Source: Nitrosopumilus sp.
Lineage (GTDB): Archaea; Thermoproteota; Nitrososphaeria; Nitrososphaerales; Nitrosopumilaceae
Assembly (NCBI GenBank): GCA_965218785.1
Contig: OZ244650.1
Location: 1,888,001-1,952,000, forward strand
Direction: 5' to 3'
DNA: 64,000 nt
Position 1 is the stretch's first letter, and the number at the start of each line of letters is the position of its first letter. Shown piece by piece: positions 9,099 through 19,182 of this stretch. Position numbers and translations under genes: made by a program. The notes under the pieces are model-generated. The model made no database searches, had not been told where the DNA came from, and was given only the letters and a program-made list of their open reading frames with translations.

Positions 9099-10643
9099 CT
9101 AATACTTTCTAAAGAGTCCAGAAGATATCATTATCAAACCAGACGCGATTATTCCACCCAGACCAAGAGACTCGTTTGACTGATACAAAAATACCGAACC
9201 AAGAAAAACCGCAGAGGCAAAGATACTTCCGCCAACTAAAATCATGGGCCTTCTTTTTTTCATTAGTATCTTGGTTTCATCCATAAATTTTTCCATCTCC
9301 GGTGCCAGTCGAAATACAGAATCAATTGATTTTGAAAAATTTTCAAATGAGATTTTCAATTCTTCGACGTATGCTTGTGGAATAAGATTTTCTTCCTGTA
9401 AAATATTTTTTAAAACCTTGACAAATTTAAAATCCACATTGTGTGTCTTGTAGATTCCCTCGATTATTGATGCCATTCTCATGTACAAAGCCAGGTTCTT
9501 TGGCAATACAAATGGGAACTTGCTCATCGTCTGATTTGCAAGCTCCATCAGACTTTGCACTTCCATTTCATCTGGTCTGTTTCCATGCATGGCACGAATC
9601 GAGAGTTCAATTCCCTTTTCAATTACCGTTCTGTTGTAGCCAGGAGTAAGCATTCCCAGATCACTCATGGCATTAACTACCCTGGGAGGGTTTTTTTCAA
9701 CTAGTGCAAGATACAGCCGAATCAGCTTGTATCTTGTCTCATTATTTATGCGTCCGACCATTCCATAGTCGTATAAAATGAGTTTTCCATCATCAGTTAT
9801 TGAGATATTTCCGGGATGGGGATCTGCATGAAAAACCGAGTACTTTAGCAGCATGGTAAAAAATACCTTGTGCACATCAATGACTAGTTGTTCCCTATCA
9901 ATTCCCTTCTCATCAAGTGCCCTCACATTTGTGACTTTGATGCCCGGAAGGTATTCCATTGTAAGGACGTTTTTTGAGGAAAAATCATCAAAAACCGAAG
10001 GTATGATTACCTTCTTGACTCTGGCCATATCTTTTTTTATTTTTTTGAGATTTGTGGATTCGATGGAATAATCCATTTCCTCGTAGATGGTTTCAACAAA
10101 TTGGGAGAGCATGGCTTTTGCCGAATAGCGTAAATTTGGATCAACGAATCTCAATGCCAGCGGAAGGAGTTTTTTCAGAACTTTGATATCTTCTGCTACA
10201 ATTTTTTCAATGCCGGGTCTTTTTACTTTGATGACAATCTGCTGGCCGGAAATGGATCCGCGATAAACCTGTCCTAGTGAAGCGCCGGAAATTGAATTGG
10301 TGTCTATTTCATCAAATTTTTCATCAATTGGTCCAAGATCGTTTTCAATTATGGGTCTTACCTGATCAAAGGGAGCCGCAGGTACACTGTCTTGTAGCTT
10401 TGATAGTTCCTCCAAATATGGCTGGGGCAGGATGTCTGCCCGGGATGAAAGCCACTGGCCTAATTTTATGTAGACGGGACCTAGTGAAATAAACGTGTCA
10501 AGTACCTTTCTGGCGTTTTTTCGAAATTGTTCTGAATCAATCTCGCTTTTCTCCTGATGAATCCATGTTTTTCTGTCTTTACGTAATGCAAAAATTGACG
10601 GCAGCAGTTTAACAAGTACTTGGAAGGTTCTAGATACGGACAT
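9099..10643 (-). CDS. AarF/ABC1/UbiB-family atypical kinase
   Basis: LGPVYIKLGQ, ASLGQVY, FHADPHPGN, DYGMVG. Confidence 0.93.
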   Translation of the reverse strand: MSVSRTFQVLVKLLPSIFALRKDRKTWIHQEKSEIDSEQFRKNARKVLDTFISLGPVYIKLGQWLSSRADILPQPYLEELSKLQDSVPAAPFDQVRPIIENDLGPIDEKFDEIDTNSISGASLGQVYRGSISGQQIVIKVKRPGIEKIVAEDIKVLKKLLPLALRFVDPNLRYSAKAMLSQFVETIYEEMDYSIESTNLKKIKKDMARVKKVIIPSVFDDFSSKNVLTMEYLPGIKVTNVRALDEKGIDREQLVIDVHKVFFTMLLKYSVFHADPHPGNISITDDGKLILYDYGMVGRINNETRYKLIRLYLALVEKNPPRVVNAMSDLGMLTPGYNRTVIEKGIELSIRAMHGNRPDEMEVQSLMELANQTMSKFPFVLPKNLALYMRMASIIEGIYKTHNVDFKFVKVLKNILQEENLIPQAYVEELKISFENFSKSIDSVFRLAPEMEKFMDETKILMKKRRPMILVGGSIFASAVFLGSVFLYQSNESLGLGGIIASGLIMISSGLFRKY

Positions 10644-10647
10644 GATA

Positions 10648-11025
10648 TCATCCTAGATAGCTTTTGATTTTTTTAGTTGCGAGATATCCCACATACCCGT
10701 AGATCACCGATGAGATAATGCCGGAAGTTAGCGGTAATTTTTTTGTATTGACAATTTTTTTAACAGCCTGTGAACTGCCAAAAATCGCACATGCCAGACC
10801 GATTAAAACCTCGGGTGCATCATGAATCAGATGTCCGATGGGATCTTTTCTTGGATCAATTTTATCTGTATGAATTAAAAATTTATCATCATATTCTCTA
10901 ATGTGTAGATTACCATAGCGATACTGTCTGAATGCCCCGTTTTTTTGTCCAAGGAAGGTCTCCTCTGCATCTTCTAGCATGAATTCTCTTAATTCCTTTG
11001 GGACCATGATCTCATCTCCGGGCAT
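10648..11025 (-). CDS. Conserved archaeal hypothetical protein
   Basis: QYRYGNLHIREY...H.D..DP....GHL..DAPE followed by a C-terminal hydrophobic segment. Confidence 0.7.
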   Translation of the reverse strand: MPGDEIMVPKELREFMLEDAEETFLGQKNGAFRQYRYGNLHIREYDDKFLIHTDKIDPRKDPIGHLIHDAPEVLIGLACAIFGSSQAVKKIVNTKKLPLTSGIISSVIYGYVGYLATKKIKSYLG

Positions 11026-11147
11026 AATCGCAAGATCCTGTGATTGCTTATAATCTTACGGTCTGCAGATGCCGCATGTCTTTGGGTGTTGAAAAACATC
11101 CGAGTTCCAGTTGACCTCACGGGTTTTTGATTCTCATTATATAATGA

Positions 11148-11342
11148 CTAGGATGATCCCAGCCGGTCTTTTGTAAATACGATAAAACTGATGGAAAAAG
11201 CTGCCAGCATTGCAATCCCCGGAATATATGCATAATTAAATCCGATTCCGGAATGATCCACCTGGTGGTTATAGTTGATTAGAAATGTTACAGCCAGCAG
11301 GATCACGCCAATAATTGTCAGCTTTCTATGTATCTCCAACAA
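11148..11342 (-). CDS. Small two-TM membrane protein
   Basis: 64-aa hydrophobic ORF in an intergenic gap. Confidence 0.6.
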   Translation of the reverse strand: MLEIHRKLTIIGVILLAVTFLINYNHQVDHSGIGFNYAYIPGIAMLAAFSISFIVFTKDRLGSS

Positions 11343-11440
11343 ACATGATACGGCAGATATCTATATGAATTTAGAAACAACTGTAGGCCAGATTGTGTGT
11401 GTATCCCTCTCTCTCTTCTGCTTTAGATTTTAAATTTAAT

Positions 11441-12751
11441 CTAGTTTGCCTCTATTGCAGTTTTTTTACGCCTGCGCATTATGTAGACCCCGACAGCTGC
11501 TGCTAGTACAACTGGTATGACTAGCAACATCGGATCAGAATTGCCCTCATCATCATCATTTGATGGCTCGTTGAGAAGGATGGTCGTATCATGGGTCAGA
11601 AAGATCTCATCCCGAATGCTGTCTTTGTATCTTACAGTGATGGTAATATCATGCTCACCGTAACTTGGATCACCATCAAATTCAATGGGAACGTTAAATG
11701 GTACCGGCGCATCCACTTCAATTTCATCAATAAACTGGGTGTTTGATTTTATATTGGAATTTTCACGTGGTGCAACGGATACAAAACCAAACAATCCGTC
11801 CTCGTTTCCCTCATTAATTATTTCCCCAATTATCATTTGCATGCCGGAGAGTTCAATCACATCAACGTTGAAAACACGAAGATCAATGAGTCCTTTGACG
11901 TAAAAGTCCACAATCTTTGAAACCTCGTATAGATCACCGTGTGCATTATAATATGAAATGGATAAAGGAAGTCTCAGAGTATCCCCCTTTAATGATTCAG
12001 GTACGTATATTGTCGCGGCAATCTCTCTTGTAGATTTGGGATCAAGATGACCTACATTCCAGTTGGATTCCAAGATAACGACGTTCTCCAAATTCGTAGT
12101 AGATGAGGATGTAGATGCAAGCTCAGTTTGGGTGTTGCTGGCAACAATATCCACGCCGGAGATCGGAGCGGTGCCATCATTGGCAATTTTAATTAACACG
12201 TCATTGGACCTTAGAGATGTAAGAAACGGTTCAAGTGCCATTACATTGATAATGCTGTCGCCTGTCACTTTGAAATCAAAGTTGGCAAAGGTTGTTCTAA
12301 CTCCGGATTCCCTAAATCTGGAATAATCAACTTTGACGGTTCCAGGATACAGCTGAATTTGGACATTGTTATCTAGATTGACAAAAAATGTCAGGTGAAA
12401 ATTCTCCCCTGCCAGGGAATTAGAGTCACTGTCAGAATAAATTATCGAGTCCGGACCATCAGATGCAGAAAATCCAAATGGCAGCGATAACTGACCCCTG
12501 ATTCCGGTAATGTCCTGTGTTCCAACATTTGCAAGGACTACGGTAAATGGGACGTTGCTGTCTCCTGCGTCGACTTCGATTTTTTCATCTAATGTACCAA
12601 AGTACGCATCCAAAAATTTGACATCAGCATAGTCACGCTCAAAGGGGGAGTTGCCAAAACCTCCAGAGACAATCTGTGCATGGGAATCATCAAATGCAGC
12701 TGGACCAAGTCCGATGACAAACAACGGCACCAGGAATTTGAGATTCATCAT
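11441..12751 (-). CDS. COG1361/S-layer-domain cell-surface protein associated with ABC exporter
   Basis: Signal peptide, repeated Ig-like N-x-G segments, C-terminal TM plus RRRKK; overlaps the ATPase gene by 4 nt. Confidence 0.8.
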   Translation of the reverse strand: MMNLKFLVPLFVIGLGPAAFDDSHAQIVSGGFGNSPFERDYADVKFLDAYFGTLDEKIEVDAGDSNVPFTVVLANVGTQDITGIRGQLSLPFGFSASDGPDSIIYSDSDSNSLAGENFHLTFFVNLDNNVQIQLYPGTVKVDYSRFRESGVRTTFANFDFKVTGDSIINVMALEPFLTSLRSNDVLIKIANDGTAPISGVDIVASNTQTELASTSSSTTNLENVVILESNWNVGHLDPKSTREIAATIYVPESLKGDTLRLPLSISYYNAHGDLYEVSKIVDFYVKGLIDLRVFNVDVIELSGMQMIIGEIINEGNEDGLFGFVSVAPRENSNIKSNTQFIDEIEVDAPVPFNVPIEFDGDPSYGEHDITITVRYKDSIRDEIFLTHDTTILLNEPSNDDDEGNSDPMLLVIPVVLAAAVGVYIMRRRKKTAIEAN

Positions 12752-13452
12752 GCCAGGACCCCCACTTTTGCTGGCAGATCGCCTTCAAATGCCTTGCCGT
12801 CTTTTATCGTAATCACCCTGTCTACATCGCCAAAGTGTTCTCTTTCATGTGTAACTATGATAAACGTCTGATGAAGTTTTTTTGCCATGTTTTTCATCAG
12901 TTGGACTATTATATCTGAAGTCACCGAATCAAGATTTCCGGTGGGCTCGTCGGCCAGAACAATAGAGGGGCTGTTGATTAATCCTCTTGCAATTGCAGCC
13001 CGCTGAGCCTGTCCGCCTGAAATCTTGTTTGCCCGTTTATACATCTGATCTTCTAGTCCGACTGCCTTTAGCAGATCTCTGGCATCCTTCTGGGCAGAGT
13101 CATTAGTTGATGCAATCTGTCTGGGCAACAACACATTCTCTAAAACCGAAAGATCACTGAGTAAATTGGAAAATTGAAAGATGAATCCCAGTTTTTTATT
13201 TCTAAATGAAGAAATTTTATTGTCATCAAGCGTTGTAGTGTCGACTCCATCAATGAGGATCTTTCCATGTGTGGGACGATCCAGCAGCCCGATCATGTTA
13301 AGCAGTGTGGATTTGCCAGAACCGGAACTTCCGACAATTAGGACGACCTGGCCCTGCTCGATTGAAAATGTGGCATCATCAAGGGCCATAACCTTGTTTT
13401 CTCCCCTGCCGTAAATCTTGGTCAGATTACTAATCTCAAGTACTTTAGACAG
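12748..13452 (-). CDS. ABC transporter ATP-binding protein (LolD/MacB type); probable CTG start
   Basis: GSSGSGKST, ISGGQAQR, LADEPTGNLD; frame is open upstream to CTG at 13452 (LSKVLEISNLTKIYG). Confidence 0.92.
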   Translation of the reverse strand: MSKVLEISNLTKIYGRGENKVMALDDATFSIEQGQVVLIVGSSGSGKSTLLNMIGLLDRPTHGKILIDGVDTTTLDDNKISSFRNKKLGFIFQFSNLLSDLSVLENVLLPRQIASTNDSAQKDARDLLKAVGLEDQMYKRANKISGGQAQRAAIARGLINSPSIVLADEPTGNLDSVTSDIIVQLMKNMAKKLHQTFIIVTHEREHFGDVDRVITIKDGKAFEGDLPAKVGVLA

Positions 13453-14632
13453 TTCTCATCGCCTCCACAGGTAATAGCTTAGTCGCCCTATAGGACGGGT
13501 ATAATGACGCAATAATTGCCAGTGTAAACGAGATAAGGGCTGTTTGGATGATCTTCTCCCAGTTGTAGCTGACTTCGAGAGGTAGGCTGTTGTTAAATGA
13601 CATCTTTGTCTCCTTTGCATAAAACGTATAGCCCAGCCCTGCCGCGGTTCCCACTCCTGCCCCGATTGCACCAATTATCATTCCTTGGAAGATGAAAATT
13701 ATCAGGATGTCCTTTCTCCTGGCTCCAATTGCCCTCATGACGCCGATCTCTCTGGTTTTTCCATTGACTAACATCATCTGTATCGTAACAATGGCAAAGG
13801 CCGACGACATCATTCCAAAGTAGCCTATCATGTTGATCATTGCAATGCCGGATCTAAAACCGGCAAGCTGCTCCTCAGCTGATTCCTCTATGGTTTCTGC
13901 AAGAAAATCATCGTTTGGAAATGACTGTAAGAAGAATTCCTTTACCTCAAGTGCCTTTGTGGGATCGTTTAACTTTACCATAAATGACTCCGTATCACCT
14001 GGTCGTTTCAACATGTCACGAAGTGTATCAATGTGGATAACAGCAGAATAGTCAAACCCCTGACCGCCTGGAGATGTCGCAATTCCAGAGATGGTAAACC
14101 GTCTTATCTCGTCTTTGCCATTTCTATCAACTACGAGAACTTTGACACTCTCACCGACCTGTGCTCCTCCAAGATCCCCTGCCACATTGGATCCCAAGAC
14201 AATGGAATTTCTTGAGAAGACATAGCTGCCTTCTGAAACGGTTTCATGGACGGTAGATGCCCTAATATCATGGAGTGGATCAACGCCGACTAGCGGAACT
14301 CTGGTCTGTTCAATTATCCTGCCGTTTTTTGTCATGTTCATTTCAGCCGTCGACGAAAGCCGCGGCGTAGCCGCTTCGACAAACGGGATTCTTTCAAACC
14401 AGTTTATTAGCGTCATGTCTGATTTGTCGATATAGTCTGCATCATCAGTTACAAGAATGTCGCCGTTTCTGTAATCACTGATGTCTCTGACTATGGCATC
14501 AAAAAGTCCCTGAAATATTACAAAATTTACGTGAATAACTAGAATTCCGATCGTTACAGCTAGAACCGCACCAATCAAGCTGCCTTTTTTGTTAAAGAGC
14601 ATTCTTTTTGCCAGCCGCAGCCGATATTCCAT
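13445..14632 (-). CDS. ABC transporter permease (LolE/MacB/FtsX)
   Basis: KTREIGVMRAIGA, ASLYPSYRA..L.PVEAMR. Confidence 0.93.
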   Translation of the reverse strand: MEYRLRLAKRMLFNKKGSLIGAVLAVTIGILVIHVNFVIFQGLFDAIVRDISDYRNGDILVTDDADYIDKSDMTLINWFERIPFVEAATPRLSSTAEMNMTKNGRIIEQTRVPLVGVDPLHDIRASTVHETVSEGSYVFSRNSIVLGSNVAGDLGGAQVGESVKVLVVDRNGKDEIRRFTISGIATSPGGQGFDYSAVIHIDTLRDMLKRPGDTESFMVKLNDPTKALEVKEFFLQSFPNDDFLAETIEESAEEQLAGFRSGIAMINMIGYFGMMSSAFAIVTIQMMLVNGKTREIGVMRAIGARRKDILIIFIFQGMIIGAIGAGVGTAAGLGYTFYAKETKMSFNNSLPLEVSYNWEKIIQTALISFTLAIIASLYPSYRATKLLPVEAMRTV

Positions 14633-14688
14633 GAATTCATTAAATTAGTCTAATATTTAATATATATGGTACATAGTGCTAGTATTCC

Positions 14689-14775
14689 AGACAATTTTAT
14701 ATCATATTAGTTGTTTATGTGTTCTAAAAACGACTAATAGATGGTAAAATAGACAATTTTATATCATATTAGTTG
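14689..14775 (+). repeat. 25-bp perfect direct repeat containing a TATA-like box
   Basis: AGACAATTTTATATCATATTAGTTG at 14689-14713 and 14751-14775. Confidence 0.9.
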
Positions 14776-14809
14776 CTTGTACATTCAAGGAGTACAATCA
14801 GATCATAAA

Positions 14810-15712
14810 ATGGACAATTTAGATATGAAGATTTTAAGCAGACTGCTAAACAACTGCAGGGAATCAGACAGGCAGATAGGCATGGAACTAGGTGTCTCCG
14901 GCGGGGCAGTACGGGCCCGAATCAGAAAGATGGAGGAAAAAGGCGTAATTGAAGAGTTTTTTGTAAAGGTCGAACCGCCCGTACTAGGTTGCGGCATCTT
15001 GTACATTGTCGTATCAGGGCAGAATATCGATGAGATACTAGAACAGGTCAGTCTTGTAGGCAAGCCATACTTTGTGGTTCCATGTATAGGCGGGATCACA
15101 GTCTGCAGTATTGTCGTAAAAGAAAATCTGGAACAAAAGATCGAACTTGCAAGAAAATTAATGAGGGATGTCAGGGTCTTGTCTATTTTTGAAGCAAAGA
15201 ATCCTGAATTTAACTCAAATCTTACAAAAACTGATCTGGAAATTCTAGGAGAACTAGTCAGGGATCCCAGACAGAAGATCGAAAAAATTGCCAAGAGCAC
15301 CAGCATGTCGACAAAAACAGTAACAAGATGCATTGAAAAATTTCATGAAAATGACGGAATTCAGTTTACATTGATTTATGATCCCAGAAAGATCGAGGAT
15401 TTCATTCCTCATGTGATACTTGCCTTGATAGAGGGGGATCAAAAAGAAACATTGAAAAATCTCAATGACTTGTTTTCCGAATCGTATCTGCAGAATCCAT
15501 TTATTGCAGAGAATCAGATTGTTTTATTCATGTATAGCGACAGTATCTTCAAGATGGACGAGCTGACACAAAGAGTCAGAACTGTTAAAAATATAAAATC
15601 AGCCGACCTGTTCATACCAAAAAAACTCTCGTTTTATCTCAAATGGATAAAGAAGGCCATCACGGATTCCAAAAAATCACCCAGGTTACATCTGACATAT
15701 CAAACAAATTAA
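14810..15712 (+). CDS. Lrp/AsnC-family regulator with two tandem HTH-RAM units
   Basis: MDNLDMKILSRL..NCR..IGMELGVS..AVRARIRKM and a second copy, LTKTDLEILGELVRDPR..IAK. Confidence 0.88.
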   Translation: MDNLDMKILSRLLNNCRESDRQIGMELGVSGGAVRARIRKMEEKGVIEEFFVKVEPPVLGCGILYIVVSGQNIDEILEQVSLVGKPYFVVPCIGGITVCSIVVKENLEQKIELARKLMRDVRVLSIFEAKNPEFNSNLTKTDLEILGELVRDPRQKIEKIAKSTSMSTKTVTRCIEKFHENDGIQFTLIYDPRKIEDFIPHVILALIEGDQKETLKNLNDLFSESYLQNPFIAENQIVLFMYSDSIFKMDELTQRVRTVKNIKSADLFIPKKLSFYLKWIKKAITDSKKSPRLHLTYQTN

Positions 15713-15736
15713 ATAATAACAGTTTTCAGGATTTTT

Positions 15737-16252
15737 ATGAACAAAAAGAGGATCTATGAGGGGAAGATTTTGGGTCTTAGTGTGTATGACGGAAAGATAG
15801 AGGGAAGAAAAGTAAGGCGTGAAATGATAGAACACAGGGGTGCAGCGGCAATGCTTGCATTTGATGAGAAAGACAGGGTGATTCTTGTCAGACAGCACAG
15901 GTTTCCCCACGGATACGTATTGGAGATACCTGCCGGGACGTTGGAGAAAAAGGAAGAGCCGATAAAATGCGCATTTAGGGAATTGGAGGAGGAGACAGGA
16001 TACAGGGCATCAAAGATGACTCCGTTGATTACCTATTATCCGTCAATTGGTTACAACACCGAGGTAATTCACTGCTTTGTAGCCTCGGGATTAAAAAAGA
16101 CTGCCGATTTGAAACTAGATGCTGATGAGATATTATCAGTAGTAAAAATGGATATGAAGAGGCTGCTACAGATGATCAGAACCGGAAAGATTCAGGATTC
16201 AAAGACGATTTGTGCGGTTTTAACATATGCCAGTAAAAAGAAATTATACTAA
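15737..16252 (+). CDS. NUDIX hydrolase (ADP-ribose pyrophosphatase-like)
   Basis: EIPAGTLE..E....CAFRELEEETG Nudix box. Confidence 0.92.
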   Translation: MNKKRIYEGKILGLSVYDGKIEGRKVRREMIEHRGAAAMLAFDEKDRVILVRQHRFPHGYVLEIPAGTLEKKEEPIKCAFRELEEETGYRASKMTPLITYYPSIGYNTEVIHCFVASGLKKTADLKLDADEILSVVKMDMKRLLQMIRTGKIQDSKTICAVLTYASKKKLY

Positions 16253-16256
16253 CTAA

Positions 16257-16427
16257 CTATGAAGAAAAAACGAAATTCAGATGGGGCTGAGATATAGGAT
16301 CAGATACCGTAACCCAGAATGCATAGTCGCCTGGTGCATAGCAGTTGGGATTTATACACAATGCGGATACATCAAGAAAAGTTACACCAAAGCCTGCAAT
16401 TAATAAAATCAAAAGTAGGAATTTCAT
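16257..16427 (-). CDS. Small secreted protein or truncated remnant (56 aa)
   Basis: MKFLLLILLIAGFGVTFLDVSALCINPNCY...; signal peptide, TATAAA upstream. Confidence 0.4.
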   Translation of the reverse strand: MKFLLLILLIAGFGVTFLDVSALCINPNCYAPGDYAFWVTVSDPISQPHLNFVFSS

Positions 16428-16530
16428 TGCCTGTCCAAAATTTCCAAAAAGATTTCTTTATAGGTTTCCAATGGTAATCCCTTACCGCCCACACCCAACT
16501 TATACTCTGATGTGTAAAGAGAAAAATCTT

Positions 16531-16659
16531 TTATGTTTGGATTTGTGAATAACAGGAATCATAAACGCTACAGTCTGTTGCAAACGCATCCGGATAACTG
16601 GCAGACAGTACAAAAAGTGCAGAGACTGCAAAAAATAATAACAAAAGATGTTTTCTCAT
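16531..16659 (-). pseudogene. Truncated secreted protein (signal peptide plus 15 residues)
   Basis: MRKHLLLLFFAVSALFVLSASYPDAFA-TDCSVYDSCYSQIQT*; ATG overlaps the upstream stop (TGATG). Confidence 0.45.
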
Positions 16660-17729
16660 CAGTTCATCATACTCTCAAACACCGGGATTAGTTCATCCAA
16701 GGTATGGTAAGCTGAATTTACACGCACAATTGTGTATTCATCAGGATGAAAACTAACTCCCGATTGATAATAATTCAGATCGTTTCCCCCAGCATAAGCA
16801 TAAACCGTCTTGCCATCCCGGATCATCTCCCTAAAACCGCCATAATTTCCACTTTGGGATTCTCTGCTTTCTCTAAATTCCTCTTTTATGTCTTCTATTT
16901 CATCGTGTTGGACATTGCTAATTTCTACAATAGCAGCATAACCATCGGATCTATTAAACAGAGTGTGATAAGTAGCATCAGGTTGCAACACATAATCAGT
17001 TGGAACAAAATGATACCCCACATAGTGCACGTTTTCACCTGATTTGTATTCTTCATACCCCGTATGGGCATACAGCAACCTATACCCATCAAGAATATGC
17101 GCTGGCATCCAGTCCTCAATGTATAATCCGACACCAGGATTCTTTGAATATTTTGTATGGGGCACGGATGTAAACGTGGTTGATCTGCTGGTCTCACCGC
17201 TTACATCACTACCTGGGAAATGCAAAATCATATGACATTACTCTGTCATAGATTGGGGGGCTTGGAGGTCTTCTCTGATGTGCTGGTGGATACTCCCTGC
17301 CGTCATCTACAAACTCTACAGGGATGCAATGTTTAGTGTGACAGTTGTTATCTCTGAAACAACATCATCATCCGTATGGGCCTGTACCACATTAACTGAC
17401 TCTCCGCCTATTTTCACGCTGTCTTGTACTGATACGGTATCCTGAAGATCCGAGTGCTCAGAGACTGATGCTGCCAAGGGCTCGGTGCTCTCAGCAACTA
17501 ATATCCTCCACCCCTTCTTTTCGGCAGTCTTTTCTGATACACATGCAGGAGATCCGTTATCCCGAATCACCAGGACTCTATTCACTTTACACGTCACATC
17601 CTCTGGTAACACACCTGATTCCAGCTGTTTTTTTGGAGATATGTAATCAGAATAAGATGGCATGGTAATGCCTGAGAATAAAACCAGTGAAAATATCACA
17701 CTTGTAAGAATGATGCCTGTTTTTCCCAT
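16659..17729 (-). pseudogene. Frameshifted secreted protein (two ORF-track pieces)
   Basis: The 17316-17771 piece has a signal peptide and SPKKQ..C..C domain; the 16659-17231 piece has no credible N-terminus; the linker reads as protein in shifting frames. Confidence 0.55.
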
Positions 17730-18142
17730 TATCATCAAATTTATCTCATACATTAAAAGAATTAGGATCAAAAGATAACTCTGATTATATGGATGAATAA
17801 ACAGCCGCCAAAATCACGGTGTTTGTATATCCCGCATTGCCATTGTTTGCAGCCAGTCATAAAACGCTGCCTTGAATTCTCACATATATTGGAATGAGAC
17901 TTTGGATCCCCCGATATATCTTCAGATATCTCATCTGGAAACATGGATACATTTGACGTAATGTTTTGATTCCAACATTTTATGTTATCAAGGAGTTTCT
18001 GATATGGTACACCATCCCGATACTGTCTAGATCTATCCAACATTCATATTTTATTGCCTGAATCAAATAAGCACCATAGGAGAATGAATCAATGTCTATA
18101 CATTCAGGATATTAATCTGGGATCAATTACACACAAACCCTA

Positions 18143-19123
18143 CTATTTATTGTAAATGGGTTTTACCAGATCTGCAACATCTGCCCAGGACTGTACTATC
18201 CTCTCAAACATGTAAATCAGATCAAGAAAGTCCATTGGAATCTGTTTTTTATTACCCAGTACCGTCCTTAGCTTGCTTAGTTTTTCTGCAAATTTTTTAT
18301 GCGATGATATTGCCTCAATTGCCAAAAGTCTGTCAGGCTTTGTAAAAGCATTGATGGATTTTTCTGCAAGTTTGCCAAAATCTTGGACCACATCAAAGAT
18401 TTTCTTAGAGTACTCCCGTGATAACGATGAATTGAATATGAAATTAGAGAGTTCAACAACTGAATCGCCGGCATTTTCAAGTATGTTTGCCGCCACCCTG
18501 TAATCGAGCACGTCAATATTTTCCAGATTAAACACGTTGGCCAGTCTCCGGTCAACGAGGGTGCTGCGGATCAAACGAACAAGTAAAAAGTACTGCCTGT
18601 TTACTTCGACATCACGGTTTGATATTGTCTTTAGGTTTGATTTGTCATCCAAAACCAGTCCGTTTGAGACATCATCATACATGCCAATTGCAAGTGAGCT
18701 CATTCGTTTGAGGATTTTTTCCGGATTTAACGTGGTTGCATCCAAAAGAAACTGCATGTTGATATGGGACGCATCCTCCTCGATGATTTCCATTCCGACA
18801 AGCCGTCTCATTGAATTACGGATTTTTTCCCTTTCGTCTCCGGGAATAGTTGATTTGGAATTAATCTCAATTACGTCATATCCCAGCAGGTAGGCTCCTG
18901 TTATGTCAGCTACGATGTTTTCTTCTCTTGGCAGCGGATATGAAATTACAAGCTCTTTTGTTGGACGTGTCTCCGCATTTGCAGATATTGAGATGCTGTC
19001 ATGACCCGTCTCTAGTTCCACCTGATTGCCCTTGTCTAGATTGTTTGCATCCACCCACTCTTTTGGCAGGGATACAAGGATGCTGCTTCCTATTCGTTGC
19101 AGGCGTCTAATGAATTTAGTCAA
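18143..19123 (-). CDS. phoU: AbrB-PhoU phosphate uptake regulator
   Basis: RRLQRIGSSILVSLPKEW AbrB domain, AYLLGYD, PhoU repeats. Confidence 0.9.
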   Translation of the reverse strand: MTKFIRRLQRIGSSILVSLPKEWVDANNLDKGNQVELETGHDSISISANAETRPTKELVISYPLPREENIVADITGAYLLGYDVIEINSKSTIPGDEREKIRNSMRRLVGMEIIEEDASHINMQFLLDATTLNPEKILKRMSSLAIGMYDDVSNGLVLDDKSNLKTISNRDVEVNRQYFLLVRLIRSTLVDRRLANVFNLENIDVLDYRVAANILENAGDSVVELSNFIFNSSLSREYSKKIFDVVQDFGKLAEKSINAFTKPDRLLAIEAISSHKKFAEKLSKLRTVLGNKKQIPMDFLDLIYMFERIVQSWADVADLVKPIYNK

Positions 19124-19182
19124 TTTATACTAATTTAATTAGTTTAAGCCATATTCTTATATTTTGTGTAAAATTTAAACTC

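Noticed and set aside
17768-18043. 91-aa minus ORF
   Set aside because: No recognisable motif; likely spurious or an unidentifiable remnant.
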